From positions 89,977 to 153,976 of the forward strand of contig CANKAU010000001.1 of NCBI GenBank assembly GCA_947479915.1: 64,000 bases of DNA, in the 5' to 3' direction. Below the pieces are notes generated by a model. It was not told where the DNA came from, did not search any database, and saw only the letters and a list, made by a program, of their open reading frames with translations. The stretch comes from Chloroflexota bacterium. Its GTDB lineage: Bacteria > Chloroflexota > Dehalococcoidia > UBA2979. The translations under genes and the position numbers were made by a program. Shown here one piece after another: positions 56,583-64,000 of this stretch (position 1 is the stretch's first letter; each line of letters begins with the position of its first letter).

Positions 56583-57221
56583 CTAGGCGCGAGGCCGCCG
56601 CGCGGCGAGCAGGCCCGCCAGCCCGACGACCAGCCCGGCGGCGCCGACGCCGAGCCCGGCCATCGCCATCGTGCGGGCCGACTTCGCCGCGTCCACGGCC
56701 GCCCGCGCCTCATCGGCAGCACCGCGCACGGCGCCCTCGAGCTCGCGTGGCTGCGCCGGCTCCACAGGGAACAGGAGTTCCTTGACCGGCTCCACATTGT
56801 TGAAGGTCCCCGGGCCGGACTCGAAGGTCGCGTCGATCGTCGCGCCGTTGATGGTCCCGGTGAACCGGAAGCGGTACTGGCCGGACAGCGTGGGGATCAC
56901 GTCCGAGGTGTAGCTGCCCGGCGTGTTGAAGACGGCCCGGATCGGGTACGACTTCGACGCCTTGCTCTGGATGTGGGTGATCTCCCACTTCAGCGTCTTC
57001 TCGACGCCTTCCACGGGCTTCCCATCCTTCGAGACCCGCAGCGATAGCCCGTTCTTCTCACCCTCCAGCGCAGGCTCAGCGGCGAATCCGACGACGAAGT
57101 CGTAGCCGGCGACGGTACGACGCTCGTGTGCGAGCGCACGCGACGGGATGACGATCGACAGTGCCACGAGGGCGAGCACGGCGGCAGCCGCGAAGCGGCG
57201 CGCGCTGACAATAAGAGACAT
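56583..57221 (-). CDS. YcnI-like (DUF1775) secreted copper-binding protein with C-terminal membrane anchor
   Basis: Signal peptide MSLIVSARRFAAAAVLALVALSIV, with the mature N-terminus starting with His, and a C-terminal TM helix. It is 35 nt upstream of the CopCD gene. Confidence 0.55.
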   Translation of the reverse strand: MSLIVSARRFAAAAVLALVALSIVIPSRALAHERRTVAGYDFVVGFAAEPALEGEKNGLSLRVSKDGKPVEGVEKTLKWEITHIQSKASKSYPIRAVFNTPGSYTSDVIPTLSGQYRFRFTGTINGATIDATFESGPGTFNNVEPVKELLFPVEPAQPRELEGAVRGAADEARAAVDAAKSARTMAMAGLGVGAAGLVVGLAGLLAARRPRA

Positions 57222-57277
57222 AAGTAGTCCTCCAGCGGTCACAGGTTGCAGTAGGCGGGCGCGCGTGGCGCGCTGCG

Positions 57278-57769
57278 CTACGCCTGCGGCGGGGGGACGA
57301 GCGGTTGGAAGTCGGTGGCGGTGAAGGTGGCTCGTGCGGCGTGAATCACTAGAGAGCGCCAGCTGATCGCGACCATCAGCGCGAAGGCGGGCAGCGCGAT
57401 CATCGCGAGGGCGCTTGCCACGTCGAGGTCGCCGAACGTGAACAGGACATCGGCCGCGGCGTCTGCGGTGGGGGCGTGGCGATCGCCGGCCGCGCCGGCC
57501 TCGGCATCCCAGGGGTGGCGATGGGGGTGGCTCGCCGCCTCGGCGGTGAGGAAGATGTGGCCGTGGCCGGGGAACCACGCCGGACCGTCCGGCCCCGCGA
57601 CGCGCGCCACGGACGGCGCGAGCAGCGCGAACGCGGCAAGCAGCGCCAGCGCGCGGGGGCCGACCCGCGGAGCGATCCGTGCACGCGGCACGGCGAACCA
57701 TCGCGCTGGTGTAGGCGCCATGCAGCGATGGTACGCGGCGCCGATATGGTGTGCACGCCCCACGGTCAC
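57278..57769 (-). CDS. hypothetical His-rich protein (possible metal-binding)
   Basis: The ORF contains HGHIFLTAEAASHPHRHPW and hydrophobic segments. Confidence 0.3.
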   Translation of the reverse strand: MTVGRAHHIGAAYHRCMAPTPARWFAVPRARIAPRVGPRALALLAAFALLAPSVARVAGPDGPAWFPGHGHIFLTAEAASHPHRHPWDAEAGAAGDRHAPTADAAADVLFTFGDLDVASALAMIALPAFALMVAISWRSLVIHAARATFTATDFQPLVPPPQA

Positions 57770-57883
57770 GACCGCTCCGGGACGATTGACCTCCTCCGGC
57801 CCGCCCCGACGATCAAGCGCCCGGACGTGCAGAGGCCCCGCTTCGCAGCGGGGCCTCGCGATCAGACCAGAACGCCGGCGCGA

Positions 57884-58357
57884 CTATTTCGCGGGGCGGA
57901 ACTGCGGCAGCGTCACGGTCTCGTTGACGTCCTCGAACACGACCTCGACGTCCATGCCGATCTTCACGTCCTCAAGCGCGCACTCGCGCATGTTCGTGGT
58001 GATGCGGACGGTGTCGCTCTTCGCCTCCACCGGGTTCACCTGCAGCACGGCGTACGGCTCGTCGAACCCCGGCGTCATGAGCCGACGGTCGATGATGAAC
58101 GAGTAGATCTTGCCCTTACCGCTGACGTCCCGCCACTCCAGGCTCGTACCGCCGCACTTGCGGCAGGTCGCGAACGGGGGGTGCTGGAAGTCGCTGCACG
58201 CGGTGCAGAACTGCAACGTGAGCTTGTGCTGCTTCGTCCCGGCCCAGTACGGGCCGGTGACCTCGTCCGGTACGGGGACGGGCTTGATGCCCATCGCCTT
58301 GAGCTGGGCCTGGCCCTCGGTCGTCTGGATGTTCGGGACGCTGTTTCCTGACGTCAT
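57884..58357 (-). CDS. Zn-ribbon/OB-fold protein (DUF35), partner of SCP-x-type thiolase
   Basis: CTAC...CRKCGG rubredoxin-like zinc ribbon followed by an OB fold. It is adjacent to a thiolase-like gene. Confidence 0.75.
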   Translation of the reverse strand: MTSGNSVPNIQTTEGQAQLKAMGIKPVPVPDEVTGPYWAGTKQHKLTLQFCTACSDFQHPPFATCRKCGGTSLEWRDVSGKGKIYSFIIDRRLMTPGFDEPYAVLQVNPVEAKSDTVRITTNMRECALEDVKIGMDVEVVFEDVNETVTLPQFRPAK

Positions 58358-58382
58358 GTGATGTGCTCCAGAGTCTCGTCGG

Positions 58383-59567
58383 CTACTCGACGCTCAGGAT
58401 GCCCGCGGCGCCCGTGTGCGGGAACACCGAGGAGATGATGGCGGTGTTGTTGTACTTCGACTGCCGAGGCCCGGCGTTGCCGCGCAGCTGCTGGATCGCC
58501 TCCAGCACGTGGCCGTGGCCGTGCAGTCGCCCTTCGGACAGCTGTCCACCGTGGGTGTTCACGGGGTGACGGCCGTCGAAGCGAATGTTCGTGCCGCCCT
58601 GGACGTAGTTGCCCGCCTCACCGCGCGGCACCAGACCCAGGTTCTCCATCCACATCGGCACGAAGTAGGAGAAACCGTCGTACATGAACCAGAGGTCCAT
58701 CTCCTCCGGCTTCATCCCGGCGTCGCGGTAGATCTCCTCGGCGATCGGGGAGACACCGGCCAGCGGCTCCGCCCAGAGGTGATCCTGCAGGCCGATGTTC
58801 TGCTTGTTGCCAGCCCACGACTTCAGGTAGACGGGCTTCCACTTGAGGTCCTTCGCAATGTCCTCGCGCGCGAGGAGGAAGGCGAAGGCGCCGTTCACCG
58901 GCATGTCGCAGTCGAAGAGGTTCACCGGCTCGGCGATCCAGCGGGCGTTCATGTAGTCCTCCATGGTGAGAGGGTTCTTCATGACGGCCCACGGGTTCAT
59001 CAGCGCGTGCTGGCGCTCCGTGATCGGCACCCACGCGAGCTGCTCGCGCGTGATGCCGTAGCGGTGCATGTACGCGCGTGCCTGCAGACCGACGCGCTGC
59101 ATCGAGTAGCCGAGGCCGTACGGGACCTCGAACTGCGTCGGGCCAGCGACGCCGCCGGAGGTCGGGTCGATCTGCGGCGTGGAGACCGGGGCGATCGTGT
59201 TCATCACCTTGATGACGAGGATGCAGTTCGCTTCGCCGTTGTCGATCGCGTCCGCGGCGATGCCGGCGGGCAGGATGCCGAGGCCGCCGTCACGGTTCCA
59301 GCGGACGTTCGTCATGCCGGCGCCCGCAGCGATCGTGGGAGTGTCGGGGGGCGGGTAGTGGTGCACCTGCACGTTGATGCCGTCCACGAGCGCGGGGTCG
59401 ATGCCCGCATCGGCGATCGCCATTCGAGCGGCCTCGATCGCGATCTCGGTCTCGGGGCGCTCCAACTTGCGCGTGGCATTCGTGTAGCCCGCGCCTACAA
59501 AGGCGACCTTCGTCTTGCTGGTTTTGGCCACAGCAACCCTCCCGGTTTCAATCGTGACTCGCGGCAC
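58383..59567 (-). CDS. thiolase-like lipid-transfer protein (SCP-x type, non-canonical thiolase)
   Basis: 394 aa with a thiolase fold (VAFVGAGYT..., C-terminal HGHGHVLEAI..GNAG). It is paired with DUF35. Confidence 0.75.
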   Translation of the reverse strand: MPRVTIETGRVAVAKTSKTKVAFVGAGYTNATRKLERPETEIAIEAARMAIADAGIDPALVDGINVQVHHYPPPDTPTIAAGAGMTNVRWNRDGGLGILPAGIAADAIDNGEANCILVIKVMNTIAPVSTPQIDPTSGGVAGPTQFEVPYGLGYSMQRVGLQARAYMHRYGITREQLAWVPITERQHALMNPWAVMKNPLTMEDYMNARWIAEPVNLFDCDMPVNGAFAFLLAREDIAKDLKWKPVYLKSWAGNKQNIGLQDHLWAEPLAGVSPIAEEIYRDAGMKPEEMDLWFMYDGFSYFVPMWMENLGLVPRGEAGNYVQGGTNIRFDGRHPVNTHGGQLSEGRLHGHGHVLEAIQQLRGNAGPRQSKYNNTAIISSVFPHTGAAGILSVE

Positions 59568-59656
59568 ATGCGCGCGCGGTGTCAGGCGTTTGGAGTATAG
59601 GAACGCCGCCCAATCACCATTTTGGTCGGAGGCTGCTGGACCGCGAGCCGCAGGCC

Positions 59657-60883
59657 CTACATCAGCATGTACGGACGCGCGAGCAGCTCCGCGACACGGC
59701 CGAGGAAGCGCGCGGCGGGAGCGCCGTCCAGCAGGCGATGATCGAACGTGAGGCTGAGCACGGCGACGCGTCCTGCGCGCACCGCGCCGTCCTCGATCAC
59801 CGCGACCTCACGCACGCGGCCGACGCCGAGGATCGCGGCCTGCGGCGGGTTGATCACGGGCGTGAAGGCGTCCAAAACCGTGCCGTCCAGCGCGGTCACG
59901 GTGAACGTGCCGCCGCTCAACTCGTCCGGCGTGACGCGGTGCTCCTTCGTGCGTTCCACGAGGTCCGCGACGGTGCCCGCGACCTCCTGCAGCGACAGCC
60001 GATCAGCGTGGCGGACGACCGGGACAACGAGCCCCGCCTCGTCGTCGACGGCCAGGCCGATGTGCACCTCGTCCGCGACGACGATCTCCGCACCGCTCGC
60101 GGACACCTCGAGGCGCGCGTTCAGGCGCGGGTGCTCGCGCAGCGCCAGCGCGCAGGCACGCACCACAAGCGCCGGGAGCGTGACGACGATGCGCTGGGCG
60201 CGCCACTCACGGTTCAGGCCGTGCAGCATCTCCATCGCGGCGTCCACGCGCGTTTCCGAGGACAGCGTGAGCTGCGCCATGGACGACAGGCTCTCGTGCA
60301 TGCGTTCGCCGATGATCTTGCGACGCCCCGCGTACGCCTCGCGCATCCCGTCCGCGGACGGCGTCGCAGGAGCAGCGATCGGTGCCGCGACGGCAGCAGC
60401 CGGCGCGACGGCCGCCGCGCGGATGTCGGCCTCGACGATGCGGCCGCCGGGGCCGCTGCCTGCGAGGCGATCGAGGTCGACGCCCAGTTCGCGCGCGAGA
60501 CGGCGTGCGGCGGGGCTGGCGACGGCGCGACCGCTCGGGTCACCGGCCACGGGCGCGCTCACCGTAGGCGCCTCGACGGGAGCCGGGGCGACAGCAGCGG
60601 ACGCACCCGGCACTTGCGCGAGGATCTCCGCGGGCACCTCGGACTCACCGGCAGCGAGCAGCGCGCCGATCACCCGACCGGGCTCGAGCGTGGTCCCGGC
60701 GGGGACGAGCTGCCGCAGGGTGCCGGCACCGTCCGCCTCGACCTCGACGATCGCCTTCGCGGTCTCAAGCTCGAAGATCGGCTGGCCCGAGGTGACCGGC
60801 GCGCCCTCCGGCAGCAGCCAGCGGGCGATCGTGCCCTCTTCCATCGTCATGCCGATCTTCGGCAAGTGGATCGGACGGGCCAT
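59657..60883 (-). CDS. 2-oxoacid dehydrogenase complex E2 dihydrolipoamide acyltransferase
   Basis: Lipoyl domain ETAKAIVEVEA, an E3-binding domain and the catalytic DHRLLDGA motif. Confidence 0.88.
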   Translation of the reverse strand: MARPIHLPKIGMTMEEGTIARWLLPEGAPVTSGQPIFELETAKAIVEVEADGAGTLRQLVPAGTTLEPGRVIGALLAAGESEVPAEILAQVPGASAAVAPAPVEAPTVSAPVAGDPSGRAVASPAARRLARELGVDLDRLAGSGPGGRIVEADIRAAAVAPAAAVAAPIAAPATPSADGMREAYAGRRKIIGERMHESLSSMAQLTLSSETRVDAAMEMLHGLNREWRAQRIVVTLPALVVRACALALREHPRLNARLEVSASGAEIVVADEVHIGLAVDDEAGLVVPVVRHADRLSLQEVAGTVADLVERTKEHRVTPDELSGGTFTVTALDGTVLDAFTPVINPPQAAILGVGRVREVAVIEDGAVRAGRVAVLSLTFDHRLLDGAPAARFLGRVAELLARPYMLM

Positions 60884-60886
60884 GTG

Positions 60887-61888
60887 CTACCCCTCGACCA
60901 GCGACACCACGGCATCGTGGATCTTGTCGGCGTTGATCAGCCACTCGCGCTCCAGCACCGGGCTGTAGGGCACCGGGCTGAACGGTGCCCCCAGGCGCAT
61001 CGGCGGCGCGTCGAGGTAGTCGAACGCCTTCGCGGCAATCTGCGCCGTGATCTCGCCGCCGAAGCCGCCGAACTCCACGGCCTCGTGCACGGTCAGCACG
61101 CGATGCGTCTTCTGGACGGAGGCGACCAGCGTGTCGGTGTCCAACGGGGACAGGGTGCGGGGATCGACGACCTCGATCTCGATGCCGCGCTCCGCGAGGC
61201 GTTCCGCGGCGCGCATCGCCTCGTGCACCATGTACGCCGTTGCGATGACGGTGGCGTCGCGTCCCTCACGCACGACGCGTGCCTTGCCGAGCGGCACGAT
61301 GTACTCGCCCTCGGGGACAAGGGTGGTGAGACGCGCGCAGCGCTTGTGCAGCACCACGAACACCGGGTTGTTGTCGCGCATGGCCGCGGTCATCAGGCCC
61401 TTCGCGTCGTCCGCGCTGCTGGGCATGACGACCTTCAGGCCGGGGATGTGGCACAACAGCGCCTCGAGGGATTGGGAGTGCTGGGCGGCCATGCTCGACC
61501 CGGCGCCCGCGTTCACCAGCACCGTGAGCGGCAGCGTGACCTTGCCGCCGAACATGTACTTCATCTTCGCCATCTGGTTCATGATCTGGTCGAAGCACAC
61601 GCCGATGAAGTCCATGAACATCAGCGACACCACGGGACGGAGTCCTCGGGACGCCGCGCCGATCGCGAGGCCCGCGATCGCGTTCTCCGAGATCGGCGTG
61701 TCGATGATCCGCTCCGGGCCGAACTTCGGCAGGATGCCCGCCGTGGTGCCGAAGACGTCCCCGCGAGCGGCGAGGTCGATGCCGGCGACGAAGACGGAGG
61801 AGTCGCGCTCCATCTCCAGCATGATCGCCTCGTTGATCGCGCGGAGGTAACTCAGTTCACGGGTGCCGGTGGGGGCAGTGGTGGTCAT
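60887..61888 (-). CDS. 2-oxoacid dehydrogenase E1 component beta subunit
   Basis: Transketolase-like pyrimidine-binding and C-terminal domains. Starts 3 nt after the E1 alpha gene. Confidence 0.88.
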   Translation of the reverse strand: MTTTAPTGTRELSYLRAINEAIMLEMERDSSVFVAGIDLAARGDVFGTTAGILPKFGPERIIDTPISENAIAGLAIGAASRGLRPVVSLMFMDFIGVCFDQIMNQMAKMKYMFGGKVTLPLTVLVNAGAGSSMAAQHSQSLEALLCHIPGLKVVMPSSADDAKGLMTAAMRDNNPVFVVLHKRCARLTTLVPEGEYIVPLGKARVVREGRDATVIATAYMVHEAMRAAERLAERGIEIEVVDPRTLSPLDTDTLVASVQKTHRVLTVHEAVEFGGFGGEITAQIAAKAFDYLDAPPMRLGAPFSPVPYSPVLEREWLINADKIHDAVVSLVEG

Positions 61889-61923
61889 GTCGATGTCCTT
61901 CGGGTGAGCCGGGATGCGGGGCG

Positions 61924-62925
61924 CTAGACGGTGTAGACGTCGGTCAGCAGATCCGCGGGATCCGGCTCGGGCGAGGCCTCGGCGAACCGCACGGCCTCCT
62001 CGATCTCCTTGCGCACGTCGTCGACGACGCGGTCTGCGCCGGTGCCCGAGAGGATCGCGCGCTGCTCCAGCACGCCGCGCAGGATCGTCAGCGGGTCACG
62101 CGCGCGCCAGTGCTCTCGCTCCTCACGCGGGCGGGCGTCGCCCTCGGACATGCCGGTGTGGTTGTAGAAGCGGTACGTGTCGCACTCGATGAGAGACGGG
62201 CCCTCGCCACGGCGCGCGCGGTCGATCGCCTCGCGCGCGGCGGCGTTCACCGCGACCACGTCCTGGCCGTCGACCGTGATGCCGGGCATGCCGTACGAGG
62301 CCGCGCGCAGCGATAGCTGCGGGATCGCGCCCTGCGCTTCCTGGCGCGTATACTCGCCCCAGTGGTTGTTCTCCACAATGAAGATCGCCGGCAGCTTCAT
62401 CAGCGCCGCCATGTTCATCGCCTCGTGCCAGGTGCCCTCGTTGGTAGAGCCGTCGCCGGAGAAGCAGACGGCGACGCCGCCGTTCTTCTGGTACTTCGCC
62501 GCGAACGCCGCGCCGATCGCGATCGGCGGACCGCCGCCCACGATCCCGTTCGCACCGAGGATGCCGATGTCGACATCGGCGATGTGCATCGAGCCGCCCT
62601 TGCCGTGGTTGTAGCCCGTGGCCTTGCCCAGCAGCTCCGCGAACATGAGCTTCACGTCACCGCCCTTGGCGATGCAGTGCCCGTGACCGCGGTGGGTGCT
62701 GGTGATCGCGTCGGTCGGGTCGAGGGCGGCGCAGACGCCGACGGCGACGGCTTCCTCGCCGGCGTACAGGTGAACGGCACCGGGGATACGCGCCTGCTCG
62801 GCGAGGCGGCCGGCGGCCTCCTCGAACTCACGGATCGTGACCATCTTCCGGTACATGTAGAGCAGTTGCTCGCTGTCGAGCTGCTCGGCCTGGTCGACCA
62901 TGACGCCACCTTCCCGCGACCTCAC
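61924..62925 (-). CDS. 2-oxoacid dehydrogenase E1 component alpha subunit (TPP-dependent)
   Basis: TPP-binding GDGSTNEG and the HGH...Y motif. The start is possibly MVDQAEQL (about 62901). Confidence 0.85.
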   Translation of the reverse strand: MRSREGGVMVDQAEQLDSEQLLYMYRKMVTIREFEEAAGRLAEQARIPGAVHLYAGEEAVAVGVCAALDPTDAITSTHRGHGHCIAKGGDVKLMFAELLGKATGYNHGKGGSMHIADVDIGILGANGIVGGGPPIAIGAAFAAKYQKNGGVAVCFSGDGSTNEGTWHEAMNMAALMKLPAIFIVENNHWGEYTRQEAQGAIPQLSLRAASYGMPGITVDGQDVVAVNAAAREAIDRARRGEGPSLIECDTYRFYNHTGMSEGDARPREEREHWRARDPLTILRGVLEQRAILSGTGADRVVDDVRKEIEEAVRFAEASPEPDPADLLTDVYTV

Positions 62926-62989
62926 AGGGTCGGTCGCCCCCGCATGATAGTCGCGAGCGCCGGAGAGGGCGTGGTGCGGAAGACGGGGG

Positions 62990-63766
62990 CTAGCCGAAGA
63001 CGCCGAGCTGCTTCAGCAACAGGAACGTGCCCATGAAGAGCCCCCACGCGACGATGATCCCGCGCAGCAGGTTCGCGTTCAGGCGACGGGCAATAGAGAC
63101 GCCGCCGTAGCCCCCGCCGATAGAGCAGACGGCCATGACGCCGGCCGGCAGCAACTCGACCTGCCCCGAGACGAAGAAGACGACCACCGCCGTGAAGTTG
63201 ATCAGCATCCCGAGCACGCCCTTCACGGCGTTCGAATGCTGCAAGTCGTCCGGCGCGAGGATGCTGATGCCAGCGAGCATCAGGATCCCGACGCCCGCGC
63301 CGAAGTAACCGCCGTAGATGCCGATGAAGAACATCGTCACGAACATGCCCACGGGGATGTGAGCCTCGTGCTCCGCCGCGATGCCTGCACGCGCGGCCAG
63401 CTTCGACAGGCGGGCGTTCGACGCGAGGATCAGCGCCGCGAAGATGATGAGGAACGGCACGACCCAGGAGAACACGGCATCCGATGACACCCGGAGCAGA
63501 ACGGCGCCCGCGAGCCCGCCGGCAATGCTCGGCACCGCGAGGAGCTTCAGGCGCGTCGAGCGCTCGCCGATCTCCTTCCGGTACGCCAGCGATCCGCCGA
63601 CGGTGCCGGGCCAGATCGCGACCGTGCTGGTCATGTTGGCGATCTTCGCGGGGTAGAAGGCGTAGAGCGACGGGAAGGTGATGAGCGTGCCACCACCGGC
63701 CACCGCGTTGACGGCGCCCGCCAGGAATGCGGCCAGCCCAAGTCCCAGCAGGTTCAGGAGATCCAC
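62990..63766 (-). CDS. TauE/SafE family sulfite/anion exporter (DUF81)
   Basis: 258 aa with two internal repeats, each with a Gly-rich GGG motif. Confidence 0.75.
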   Translation of the reverse strand: MDLLNLLGLGLAAFLAGAVNAVAGGGTLITFPSLYAFYPAKIANMTSTVAIWPGTVGGSLAYRKEIGERSTRLKLLAVPSIAGGLAGAVLLRVSSDAVFSWVVPFLIIFAALILASNARLSKLAARAGIAAEHEAHIPVGMFVTMFFIGIYGGYFGAGVGILMLAGISILAPDDLQHSNAVKGVLGMLINFTAVVVFFVSGQVELLPAGVMAVCSIGGGYGGVSIARRLNANLLRGIIVAWGLFMGTFLLLKQLGVFG

Positions 63767-64000
63767 GGTGCGCCTCGCCAGGCTGCCCAGCGGGGGCGCC
63801 GGCGCTCATTCAACCACACGAAGGGCTTGGAGGCCTCCCGGCGGTCAGCACTTCCTTAACACACTCGATAGGATCCCGACGGCTAATGGAACGTGGCTAC
63901 GACCGAGCGCCTGACCAGTCGATCAGGTATCGTGTCGCCATTCCGATGAACCGTCCGGCCCGCGCGCCGGCACGATGGAGGCAGGCCGGGTGAACGTCAT

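Noticed and set aside
57839-57864. Hairpin GAGGCCCCGC-TTCGCA-GCGGGGCCTC between the DUF35 gene and the His-rich ORF
   Set aside because: It is a possible terminator, but no U-tract follows on either strand. It is left unannotated.
59579-61927. 782-aa plus-strand ORF
   Set aside because: It is antisense to the E2 and E1 beta genes, which have strong homology.
63727-63993. 88-aa plus ORF and possible minus-strand start at the window end
   Set aside because: The minus-strand reading from the terminal ATG hits a stop after 22 codons. The plus ORF is Arg/Pro-rich with no support.

Overview
This is a high-GC (about 68%) bacterial chromosomal segment that is mostly core housekeeping. The taxon is probably Chloroflexi/Thermomicrobia-like, based on the Chlor_Arch_YYY (TIGR03662) and TIGR03663 membrane proteins, a Bacillus-type long SRP RNA and a T-box leader. 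No CRISPR array, rRNA gene or mobile element is visible.

Main gene content, in order along the window:
- rpmI, infC and thrS, with a predicted T-box leader upstream of thrS; this cluster is interrupted by an acyl-CoA carboxylase biotin carboxylase gene with a separately framed BCCP ORF, a lipoprotein gene and a DHFR-like gene.
- A tRNA trio (Val-GAC, Lys-CTT, Leu-TAG).
- Two oligopeptide/dipeptide ABC ATPase genes, lepA and fabV.
- A long-form SRP RNA (ffs) in the intergenic gap upstream of rsmA/ksgA, then ispE.
- A PHP phosphoesterase gene and a DnaQ-exonuclease/DinG helicase gene.
- cca, rnc, smc and ftsY.
- A four-gene membrane cluster of unknown function: DUF2298/YYY protein, a PMT-like GT-C protein with DE and HGP motifs, a flippase-like protein and an FAD-dependent oxidoreductase. 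This is the best candidate for an undescribed envelope glycosylation system.
- An orphan NuoE/NuoF-like diaphorase pair.
- mutS, an S8 protease gene and mutL.
- A pterin-binding protein gene, an ADP-forming acyl-CoA synthetase gene, a class V aminotransferase gene, tam, and LOG-family and APH-family genes.
- A frameshifted lipoprotein gene at a poly-G tract.
- A Zn-type alcohol dehydrogenase gene and a copper cluster (YcnI-like, then a CopC-CopD-cytochrome c fusion).
- A DUF35 plus SCP-x thiolase pair next to E1alpha, E1beta and E2 genes of a 2-oxoacid dehydrogenase complex, followed by a TauE/SafE gene.

Coordinates of RNA features and hand-adjusted start codons may be off by 1-3 nt.
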